32,000 nucleotides of DNA from Wolbachia endosymbiont of Onchocerca ochengi (GTDB lineage Bacteria; Pseudomonadota; Alphaproteobacteria; Rickettsiales; Anaplasmataceae). Below, one piece after another: positions 23,704 through 32,000 of the stretch. A program made the position numbers and the translations under genes. The stretch lies in contig NC_018267.1 in the NCBI RefSeq assembly GCF_000306885.1, positions 870,001 to 902,000 of the forward strand, written 5' to 3'. A model generated the notes under the pieces. It was given only the letters and a program-made list of their open reading frames with translations, was not told the origin of the DNA and made no database searches. Numbering within the stretch: the first letter of the stretch is position 1; every line of letters begins with the position of its first letter.

Positions 23704-25620
23704 ATGGCGAATTTTAATATTTCACTTAAATTATTTATTCTAAGCCCTAAGATCAAGGCTTCCGTCTCTATATTACCCAATAAGTCATCATAGGTATAGG
23801 TTGCCGTTTTAAAAACAAGCCATTTTTCTGGTTGCGCTTAAAAAGATATTATTGAAGCATCAAGTAGAGTAAAATTTCACCTGCGGTACAGTTACATTCT
23901 TTAGTGCCTCATTACCACCGAATTAAATTGCTAAGCTTAACTCATTTTTATCTATAAGCTTGGCGCTTTGAATTTTTATTACTTCTTTTTCAATCAGCAT
24001 GAATGTATAACAGACAGCTCACCAAAATTCAACTGTAATTCTTTTATTAATATACTCCATTACATATCACAAGTAGACTGTTCATTTGTACCTGCGATAG
24101 GTTTATAATTCTTATTACTGTTATAAAAAATAAAAAGTATCGCTTCTTTTCAATTTTCTCCCTTACTAACTAAAGTAAAGCTTGCAGTATTACCTTTAGT
24201 ATAATATACCATAAATCTATCGTTTCTATATTATGGTTTTTTGATGCAAAAAAAAAGGTATTTTAAAAGAATAAATAATCTTATTAAGGAAAGAAGAGTT
24301 TATGTATATGGAACGGTCATAACTAACACTACTTACCTAAATATACATGTCTTTAAATTTTGTTTTTACAATTCTTTTTTATAGTATACTTTCCCTATTA
24401 TCTAAAACTGTTATTTCACCTCACGGTGAAAGCCACGCATGTTTTATTGGCAGCTTTAAATTGCATACATTTCTCCCCTGCACAAAAAAAATAAAGTAAA
24501 ACTTTGGCTATGTTTTTGCGCCCTTCCTTCATAAGTGCAGGATTTCAACTATTATGACAACATTTTGATTTGGTAGTCAGAAATACTTAATATCAACTAG
24601 ACAGTCAAAATTACGGTTAAAATAGACAACGTTGACTGATTGTTCAAGTCTGCCCAATTCTAACATTAATAAGTTATATCAGCCTTAAACTGTGATTAAA
24701 AACAACTTTTTATCAACTGATATTTTATGTTGTACAACAGCTCCTCTGTTCTTTTAGACTACTTCAAACTTAGAGTTCTGCTCAGCTACATCAAAAAAAG
24801 TGACTTTACAACATCTTAATCATTGAATTTACGGATTGTTAATTGTTTATGCCATATTTAAATAACGCCCTTTAACGTCTCACTTACATCAAAATAATTA
24901 CTTTTTAAAATCAGCATTTTACAGTAGATTAGATAGAACTCTGAAAGAAATATTAGCTGCGAAACTTTTTCCTGAAATCAAACACCACGCCTTCAGTTAT
25001 AGTAAGTCAGCACACACATCAGATAAATTAGAGAAACAAGAAAATAACCTTGTATTCCATACCAAGAAAACATTTTTCCCACTATTTCTGAATTCTACCA
25101 CTTTTTTATCATCCCTTCAATTGCAGTTTTATGTAAAAGAAAGATCACTCTTCATTTGAATTAGGAAATCAATATTTAGTAACCCATATTTTTTCATTTT
25201 TGGTTTCACTTTGTTTTACTACTACCAGGATTTATGTGAGCTTCACTTTACTATTTCTCCATATTTTCTTATTGCATATTTGTTGTCATTATACTTTACT
25301 CTCTTAGTTCGCTCTTTAAATAATCATAGAAGTAATTATACCTAACTTCATTATTCAAGCTATTAACTACACCTTCGCAGAATAAAAAAACAAAAAGAAG
25401 GTTTGAAACCATCAGTAAGTGAGAAACAAATGTCCTTACTCAACACCACATTGTTGATTTGCCACTATCTTTTGAAATTAGCTGAGTACTATCTTTAATT
25501 GCCCCACTTATCATCACAGGCACCACTATAGAATTACCCTTAAACTCAACTACAGAGTATACTTTACAATCTTTGATATTCAAATCGCTTATACAAACTA
25601 ACTAACCATTATTGACACCC
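23704..25620 (-). pseudogene. Unidentified decayed coding region(s)
   Basis: Reverse-strand pieces look protein-like but are broken: WLVFKTATYTYDDLLGNIETEALILGLRINNLSEILKFAI, ELGRLEQSVNVVYFNRNFDCLVDIKYF, LVCISDLNIKDCKVYSVVEFKGNSIVVPVMISGAIKDSTQLISKDSGKSTMW. No ORF of at least 60 aa in the track between 22860 and 27169. Confidence 0.3.
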
Positions 25621-27168
25621 ACTTACTTAAGGTTTAATAAACCTTCTTTTAGTTAATCTAAAAAAAAGCGCAATGCTTTTTTAGGTAACTTCATAATCCA
25701 CCCTTTTTACGCTAGTCCATATTTAGGTACACTGGTTGCTACTTTACCCTTTCTTACACAACTTTCTTTTATATTTTGTATCATACATAAACTTTTTTGA
25801 ATATGATATTGTGATATTCCTAATGTTTTTCATTACTGAAAATTCACTTAGCCATAATACAGTTTACACTTTAAAAATAAATATCTGAACATAGTTACCA
25901 TAGTCTTTCAAAGGAAAACTCTTGATATCTATACAAGATATTCCTTCAATTGCGAAATGGATCAGGATTCTGACCTTCTGCACTGCTGTAAAAACATACT
26001 CTATTTCATCAAAACTCAACAACTTTGTACCTGCTCAGTACTTATTTAATTCTTTTACTTCTCTTTTGCAACTTGTAATTGCAAGCGTTACATAGTAGTT
26101 ATACACGACACCCATATCATTTCAGTCGGTCATCTCCTCTTTTTTCATTAGTTGAATTTAAATAATATTTCCTCTACAACATGAATAGTTCCATAGATAA
26201 TTGAAACTGTCCTACCGCAGATTAAGGTTCAAGCTTACAGATTTTTTAGCTTTGTCTACACATTACCTTTTGTTCGGCATCAAGACTACAAATATTGCAT
26301 TACTGAGCTGTTCACCAAAAAAAGAGTTCAGACTCTAAACCGATAACCTAACTAGACTAAAAATGCTGCCAATTTAGCCTAAAATTAATGATAAAATCAT
26401 TATAGACATAACAATCCTCTCTTTTAATAGATTTTTTTTAAACTGTTGGACTGAAAGTTAACCCACATAGTAAACTCCATGATAGAGCATCTTTCACCCC
26501 AGCACATTGCTTTTTGCTATCTAAGTAGTTGACACTGAAGTTCAAAAAAAGCTATATATAGCGTCAGTTACTTTCATGGCGTCGTTTTTGTACGCATTAT
26601 CTTAGCAAAACAAATATTTGTATATATGTATAGCCACTATAAAAATTTTTTTAATCTACAATGCCAATAATATATACTATGCTATACTGACAATAGACTA
26701 TACAATTTAATAAGCTACACAAAAGTTAGTCATAGCTAATAGAACCTCTAAGAGATAGAAAAACATAATATAAATACAATAGAAATATATATACACCTGC
26801 CTTCATTGAAGAAGGGATACACTACATTTTTTACATAGTTTTATCGTTCAACAAAAAAAACTTGCAAGCAAAAACAAATTCTGATTCTAAAACATTATTA
26901 CTGTTAATTACAATGGAACTACAAAAATATGCTAAGCAATTTTTTTGTTGAATTTATAGTTTCACTTTATTATCTACAACTTCACCTACGATTATAAAAC
27001 ATTGTTTATCATAAGAAAGTCATCCAAGCAGCTCTTTTTTTTCTGTTACCTCAAAGCACTTGATACTAGGACCCAAAGAATTCACTTTTAACCAAGTAGC
27101 TGCATAATAAGGAGTAGATTCTAGCATCACATACTGGTATGATGATATCGATCTCAGAAAGTTTTCTA

Positions 27169-28110
27169 TTAAATTCGATAAAGAAAATCATTTATAATCG
27201 CCATAGCAACTAACGTTGAAACATAACGCGCCTTGTGATCTAATAAATAGAGGCTTTTATCCAATTTTACAGTAAGTGCTTCCAGATGGCTTCGAAAGCA
27301 AATATTACCATACTTATCTTCAATAGCCTCTATTACTCCATTATTGGAAAATGCTGCAACTTTATAACCAAGTGACTCCAACTTCTTTCTATTTTCTGAC
27401 GTATTACTCACTTCCCCTGAATGAGCATCCGGAAAATATGTTAAAAACCAGCCATTCTCATTAGGTGGTAAAAATTTAGCTACCACTTTTGCTAAGTGGC
27501 TATTTGGAATTATCTTTATCTGCTGAAGAGGTACATTTTCTTGCTGCTGTAGATTAGGTGTTGATCTTAAATGAAACCTTTGCTTCTCTTCATCGCTCAC
27601 AAGATTTGCCACATTTACTACTTCAATCCCTTTTGTATTCATAATGCATTGCAAACCACCACATATACTAAGCAAGTGAATTGCAGGATTATTATTCACT
27701 ATTTCCACAATTGCTTCAGTAACAAGTTGGTGGCATGGAGCAAGAAAAAATTGTTCTAAGTACAAATTACAATAATTTCCTAGAATAAATATCCTATTTA
27801 TTTTGTGCTCTTCAATGAATTTTGCAACTTCAACTTTTACTCTCTCTAATATCAGTTTTCTTGCTAATATTTCATCCTGTTCCGTAAAATTAAGTGACTC
27901 TGTCTGGATTTTTTTAAGGCTAATTATCTTATCACAATCAATCAAAACAGTCCTAACTTTCCAATTATTAAACATTTCATAGATATTTCGAGATAAATTA
28001 ATCTCACACGGATATGTTTTTTCCTCTGTTTTCAATAAACCAACAACTATACTACCATTTATTAGATGTAAACTTCCACTAGCACTTGCATAAGCAATGC
28101 TATTGAACAA
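27169..28110 (-). CDS. Gamma-glutamyl-gamma-aminobutyrate hydrolase / peptidase C26-like class I glutamine amidotransferase fold protein
   Basis: 313 aa; nucleophile-elbow-like LLSICGGLQCIMN, GVIEAIED downstream. Called start is TTG; an in-frame signal-peptide-like segment lies upstream. Confidence 0.65.
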   Translation of the reverse strand: MFNSIAYASASGSLHLINGSIVVGLLKTEEKTYPCEINLSRNIYEMFNNWKVRTVLIDCDKIISLKKIQTESLNFTEQDEILARKLILERVKVEVAKFIEEHKINRIFILGNYCNLYLEQFFLAPCHQLVTEAIVEIVNNNPAIHLLSICGGLQCIMNTKGIEVVNVANLVSDEEKQRFHLRSTPNLQQQENVPLQQIKIIPNSHLAKVVAKFLPPNENGWFLTYFPDAHSGEVSNTSENRKKLESLGYKVAAFSNNGVIEAIEDKYGNICFRSHLEALTVKLDKSLYLLDHKARYVSTLVAMAIINDFLYRI

Positions 28111-28254
28111 CAGAATTACACCTAATAAGATACTAAATACCTTGTTATAATACTTACACGTTATAACCTACCTAATACCTATACTTATATAAGTATTATA
28201 ATACAATAATAAAACATTTTGCAACAAAAAGTAAATTTGGTAAGAAGGAGAAAG

Positions 28255-28327
28255 TGGCCTGAGCAGGAATTGAACCAGCGACACAAGGATTTTCAGTCCT
28301 TTGCTCTACCAACTGAGCTATCAGGCC
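28255..28327 (-). tRNA. tRNA-Phe (anticodon GAA)
   Basis: Reverse strand GGCCTGATAGCTCAGTTGGTAGAGCAAAGGACTGAAAATCCTTGTGTCGCTGGTTCAATTCCTGCTCAGGCCA: 73 nt, 7-bp acceptor GGCCTGA/TCAGGCC, anticodon loop CTGAAAA, T-loop TTCAATT. Confidence 0.97.
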
Positions 28328-28407
28328 ATCATGTGCTTTCATTCTTAAATAAAAAATGTTATCATGTCTATTAAAAGTTTTTAAAGCAATTTTTATAAAA
28401 ATAAAAA

Positions 28408-28732
28408 GTGGACACTGACAATAAAATAGAAATTTATCCTAGCATACTTGACCCTATAACCTTTGGGCATATTGGCATAATAAAAAGGGAATATAAACTA
28501 GTTAGTAAATTATTAATTAACATTATAGAAAACACTAATAAGTACACATACACTACTTTTAACGCAAAGCTACATACAAGCATGGTAAATTATAAACTTC
28601 CCATAAAATTGAGACTATATTTCCTCCTGCTCTAAAGACACTCAATTTATCTCATCAAGTTTTGTAAAAAAAATAGCAGGATTAGGAGAAAGTGTTAGCA
28701 AATTTGCTCTAGAAAGAGTTCAAAAGAGTTGA
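28408..28732 (+). pseudogene. coaD: Phosphopantetheine adenylyltransferase remnant (internal deletion plus frameshift)
   Basis: N-terminus IEIYPSILDPITFGHIGIIKREYKLVSKLLINIIENTNKYTYTTFNAKL (xYPxxxDPxTxGHxxIIKR signature). C-terminus in another frame QFISSSFVKKIAGLGESVSKFALERVQKS*. The middle third is missing. Confidence 0.85.
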
Positions 28733-28790
28733 TTAACTTCAACATGAATAAAGCAAGAAGTGAAGAATAGTATTTATTTTCCACTCCCAA

Positions 28791-28814
28791 ATATATATAT
28801 ATATATATATATAT
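28791..28814. repeat. (AT)12 dinucleotide microsatellite
   Basis: Uninterrupted atatatatatatatatatatatat immediately upstream of the ORF at 28850. Confidence 0.95.
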
Positions 28815-28849
28815 TTAATACATAAAATATTATAAACCAAAGGAGCAAC

Positions 28850-29074
28850 ATGACAGAAGTAAGGAATAATAGTGTAATAATAGTTTGTTGCCGCGGCGAT
28901 GAGAACGATAATGGTTCTGGTCATCCGCTAATATATTTATATAAAGAAAAAGGAAAAACATTTTGTCCTTATTGTAATAAGCTAATGGATGAAGAATTTA
29001 AATCTAAAGAACCTAAACCCGCTGATAAATCTATTATGGAAGCAGCCAATAAAAGGAGAAAAATCCATGGGTGA
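28850..29074 (+). CDS. Small CHCC-type zinc-finger domain protein (NDUFS6-like zinc finger)
   Basis: 74 aa; CCRGDENDNGSGHPLIYLYKEKGKTFCPYCNKLM, a C...H...CPYC zinc-binding pattern. Confidence 0.8.
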   Translation: MTEVRNNSVIIVCCRGDENDNGSGHPLIYLYKEKGKTFCPYCNKLMDEEFKSKEPKPADKSIMEAANKRRKIHG

Positions 29075-29105
29075 ACTTTAACAGCATTCCACTTTTTAAA
29101 GTTAG

Positions 29106-29753
29106 CTAATTTATACAGATAGCAATAAGAGGAGCAGTGAAAATGAAGCTGTCCATACGATCAAGTATTCCTCCATGGCCAGGTATCATACTTCCACTAT
29201 CTTTAACATTATAAGCTCTTTTAATAAGAGATTCAGTGAAATCGCCAAGTTGTGCTAGAATAGCAACTATAAGTCCGATTATTGGAGAATAAAAGATTGA
29301 AAATAGACCTAAAAATACTGATCCAAGAATCGCGCATATCATTCCAGCTAAGGTTGCACCAAAAAATCCTGACCAAGTTTTTCCAGGACTAACAATTGAG
29401 CAAATTCTAGCTCCACCAAAATTCTTGCCAAACAGATACGCAGTAATATCAATATTCCAAATTGTTAAGATGAGCCATACTAATGTGTATTTCCCTTGTG
29501 GTAGATTATATAGGTATATCAACGAAGCATTCGGTAGTGCAATCAATAACAACGCGAAAACATATAAGATCCTGTTCCCCTGAGTTAGATTATACCATTC
29601 AAAAGAAGATAGAACTGCTATCGAAAGAACCAGTAGGTAAAATGATAAATCATTGAAATATATAGCAAAAAAGAATATAAGCAATATTATTATTGAAGAC
29701 AGTACTCTAATTATAAAGTTGTTATCTACCATATCTTTTCTCTCTTTTTGCAT
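29106..29753 (-). CDS. cdsA: Phosphatidate cytidylyltransferase
   Basis: 215 aa multi-span membrane protein; SPGKTWSGFFGA and C-terminal KDSGSMIPGHGGILDRMDSF signature. Confidence 0.93.
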   Translation of the reverse strand: MQKERKDMVDNNFIIRVLSSIIILLIFFFAIYFNDLSFYLLVLSIAVLSSFEWYNLTQGNRILYVFALLLIALPNASLIYLYNLPQGKYTLVWLILTIWNIDITAYLFGKNFGGARICSIVSPGKTWSGFFGATLAGMICAILGSVFLGLFSIFYSPIIGLIVAILAQLGDFTESLIKRAYNVKDSGSMIPGHGGILDRMDSFIFTAPLIAICIN

Positions 29754-30417
29754 AGTCTTCTAATGCTCTGCTCAAATCTTGACAAGAAAAATCAGGCCAC
29801 AAAGTATCACAAAAATATAATTCAGCGTAAGCTGCTTGCCATAATAAAAAGTTACTTAACCTTTTTTCACCACCAGTGCGAATTAATAAGTCTAACTTTG
29901 GCAAATCTTTAGTATACAAAAATTTTTCAAATCTGTCCTCTGACACAGAATCAATATTTTCTTTTATAATGTTACTTATAGCATGTATAATTTCTTGTTT
30001 TGCTCCATAGCTAACCGCTACAGTAAGTAATAAGCTATCATTCTTACGAGTCATTTCTTCCACTTTTTTTATTTGATCAAATACTTTTTGAGGTAACAAA
30101 TTTAAATTTCCAACAAAATTCAATTTAATATTATAGTTACAAATAAAATTAACTTTATCTTTATCTGTCAAAGCAAAGTAAAGTAAATCAAATATGCAAT
30201 CAATTTCTTCTTTAGGCCTGAGCCAATTTTCCATAGAAAATGCATATAAAGTTAAACATGGTATGGTTAAAGTTATACAATACTTAGCAATATCGTATGC
30301 AACCTCACTACCTTTTCTATAACCATCAATTTTTATTTTCCCCTGCTTGTTTGCCCATCTACTATTACCATCCATTATGATCGCTAAATGTTTTGGTAGA
30401 GACTCTAAATTTAACAT
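29722..30417 (-). CDS. uppS: Isoprenyl (undecaprenyl) diphosphate synthase
   Basis: 231 aa; HLAIIMDGNSRWANKQGK, LTLYAFSMENWLRP, LDLLIRTGGEKRLSNFLLWQAAYAELYF. Confidence 0.97.
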   Translation of the reverse strand: MLNLESLPKHLAIIMDGNSRWANKQGKIKIDGYRKGSEVAYDIAKYCITLTIPCLTLYAFSMENWLRPKEEIDCIFDLLYFALTDKDKVNFICNYNIKLNFVGNLNLLPQKVFDQIKKVEEMTRKNDSLLLTVAVSYGAKQEIIHAISNIIKENIDSVSEDRFEKFLYTKDLPKLDLLIRTGGEKRLSNFLLWQAAYAELYFCDTLWPDFSCQDLSRALEDYAKREKRYGR

Positions 30418-30423
30418 TCAAAT

Positions 30424-30759
30424 TTAACCAGGTTTTGACTTAAGTGAAAATTCTTTTGATTTCAGCAGGTACCTGGAAAGCATCATCTCAATATTCCGAT
30501 ACTGAGATCCAGAAACCTTGATTGTAAACAATAAGCACATCAAGTTGATGAGCATAAAAGCAGCTGGTCTTATGTTACAAAATATAACTTTCTTAATAAA
30601 GTTACTAAAAGCTGAATCCAAGTATCGGAAAACTGAGATGACATCCTTCTTGGCAGAAACTATTCTTAAACCACAACACTTACACAGTCGCGCATCAGCT
30701 ACCCGTATAACACCTTTTAAAGTAATTTGTTTTTCCTCACTATCGAAGGCTTCTTTCAT
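30424..30759 (-). CDS. Uncharacterised 111 aa ORF between frr and uppS, one hydrophobic segment, CKCCG cluster
   Basis: Same strand as its neighbours, with only 6 nt to each of uppS (ends 30417) and frr (starts 30766). Confidence 0.6.
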   Translation of the reverse strand: MKEAFDSEEKQITLKGVIRVADARLCKCCGLRIVSAKKDVISVFRYLDSAFSNFIKKVIFCNIRPAAFMLINLMCLLFTIKVSGSQYRNIEMMLSRYLLKSKEFSLKSKPG

Positions 30760-30765
30760 ATCAAC

Positions 30766-31323
30766 TTAGCAATGCAATATCTCCTTTTCTTTAATAGACA
30801 ATTCATCATCAATCTTTTCGATATTATCATCAGTAATATTTTGTATTTGCTTTTTAGCACCATGAAAATCATCCTCTGAGATTTCTTTACTCTCCTGCAT
30901 TTTCTCTATTTCTTCCATAGCATCTCTACGTATATTTCTAATAGCAACCCGCGCATTTTCAGCAAACTGGTTCAATAATTTTACTAATCTTTCACGAGTT
31001 TCTTGCGTTAGATCTGGAAGAGTTACACGTATAGCATTACCTTCAACAACAGGGTTTAAGTTTAAATTAGCACTTAATATAGCATTTTTTACTTCACCTA
31101 TAATACTAATATCCCAAATTTTAATTGACAAAGTTTTATTATCTGCAACTGAGATACCTGCAACCTGACTTAGTTTTTGATGCCCACTATAGATGTTTAC
31201 AACTATGCCATCTAGTAATGATGCGTTAGCTCTGCCAGTACGTATACCTTTAATATCATTATGAAAAGACTGAATAGTCTTTAGCATCTTTTCTTTTGTT
31301 TTAGTTTTTACCTCGTTCAACAT
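30766..31323 (-). CDS. frr: Ribosome recycling factor
   Basis: 185 aa; IRTGRANASLLDGI, TQETRERLVKLLNQFAENARVAIRNIRRDAMEEIEKM. Confidence 0.97.
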   Translation of the reverse strand: MLNEVKTKTKEKMLKTIQSFHNDIKGIRTGRANASLLDGIVVNIYSGHQKLSQVAGISVADNKTLSIKIWDISIIGEVKNAILSANLNLNPVVEGNAIRVTLPDLTQETRERLVKLLNQFAENARVAIRNIRRDAMEEIEKMQESKEISEDDFHGAKKQIQNITDDNIEKIDDELSIKEKEILHC

Positions 31324-31330
31324 AAATTAC

Positions 31331-32000
31331 CTATCGTTTACAACCTGATAAAACTATAGTATAAGTACCAAGACCTTTAATAATATTAACTATTTTTTCC
31401 CCTTTCAAAGAAAAAACTATAATTGGAATAGAATTCTCACGCGCAAGAGAGACGGCTGATGCATCCATAATTTTTAAATCACGCGTTAATAAATCCATAT
31501 AAGAAAGCCTATCATACATTATGGCATCTTCATTTTCCTCAGGATCAGCAGAGTATACACCATTTACTTGGGTGCCTTTCAGGATAACATCACAATTCAT
31601 TTCAATAGCACGTAGAGCTGCAGCTGTATCTGTAGTAAAAAATGGATTACCAGTACCAGCTGCAAAGATTACTACTCTACCTTTTTCTAAATGACGAATA
31701 GCTTTTTCCCTTATATAAGGCTCACATATAGTGGTCATAGGTATTGCAGACAACACTCTAGAATTTACTAAATTTTTTTCTAAAAAGTTTTGTAAAGTTA
31801 GAGCATTGATTATAGTTGCAAGCATTCCAATATAATCACTGCTTGCTCTTTCACAACTACTTAAAGATGCAGATGACGCACCACGGAAGATATTACCACC
31901 ACCAACTACAATACATACTTGAACTCCAAGCTTATAAACATCAGCTATACCTTTGCACAATTGATCTATAACTTTTATGTCGTGACCAAAAGGTCGTGAT
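31331..32000 (-). CDS. pyrH: Uridylate kinase, N-terminus beyond window edge
   Basis: [49 protein letters not shown]. The frame stays open past the called TTG start to 32000 ([21 protein letters not shown]...). Confidence 0.96.
   Translation of the reverse strand, partial: SRPFGHDIKVIDQLCKGIADVYKLGVQVCIVVGGGNIFRGASSASLSSCERASSDYIGMLATIINALTLQNFLEKNLVNSRVLSAIPMTTICEPYIREKAIRHLEKGRVVIFAAGTGNPFFTTDTAAALRAIEMNCDVILKGTQVNGVYSADPEENEDAIMYDRLSYMDLLTRDLKIMDASAVSLARENSIPIIVFSLKGEKIVNIIKGLGTYTIVLSGCKR

Noticed and set aside
22870-27168. Possible CRISPR array, IS element or toxin/defence cassette in the large ORF-free regions
   Set aside because: No regularly spaced direct repeats, transposase-like ORFs or terminal inverted repeats could be seen by eye. 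Broken coding relics explain the visible structure better.
28739-28924. 61 aa minus-strand ORF containing YIYIYIYIYI
   Set aside because: Artefact of the (AT)12 repeat, antisense to the zinc-finger gene start.
30518-30769. 83 aa plus-strand ORF
   Set aside because: Antisense to the co-oriented operon ORF 30424..30759. The minus-strand ORF has better spacing and context.
1-32000. An exciting novel biological system
   Set aside because: All intact genes belong to known housekeeping families except small hypotheticals. Nothing in the window supports a multi-gene novel system.

Overview
AT-rich, gene-sparse chromosomal segment. Its gene content and sequence style resemble an obligate intracellular alphaproteobacterium of the Anaplasmataceae (Wolbachia/Ehrlichia-like); this placement is inferred from protein style only. 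Intact or near-intact housekeeping genes are dnaA, purA, a Bcr/CflA-type MFS transporter, a UbiH-family hydroxylase, mrp/apbC, a CCA tRNA nucleotidyltransferase, ychF, glpX, ppdK, a C26/glutamine-amidotransferase-like protein, a small CHCC zinc-finger protein, and a compact minus-strand cluster pyrH-frr-(unknown ORF)-uppS-cdsA. There is one tRNA-Phe(GAA). A phospholipase-D-family gene is cut by the left edge and pyrH by the right edge. Roughly half the window lacks intact ORFs, and several of those stretches contain peptide-like reading frames broken by stops and frameshifts. The clearest is a coaD (phosphopantetheine adenylyltransferase) remnant with recognisable ends and a missing middle. 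Others look like a decayed ankyrin-type gene, a decayed coiled-coil gene and unidentified relics. I found no CRISPR array, intact mobile element, defence cassette or other supportable novel system. The best leads are the coaD decay, the unknown ORF inside the frr-uppS cluster, a truncated glutamine-synthetase-like protein, and two genes whose conserved coding frame runs upstream of the called start without a canonical start codon.
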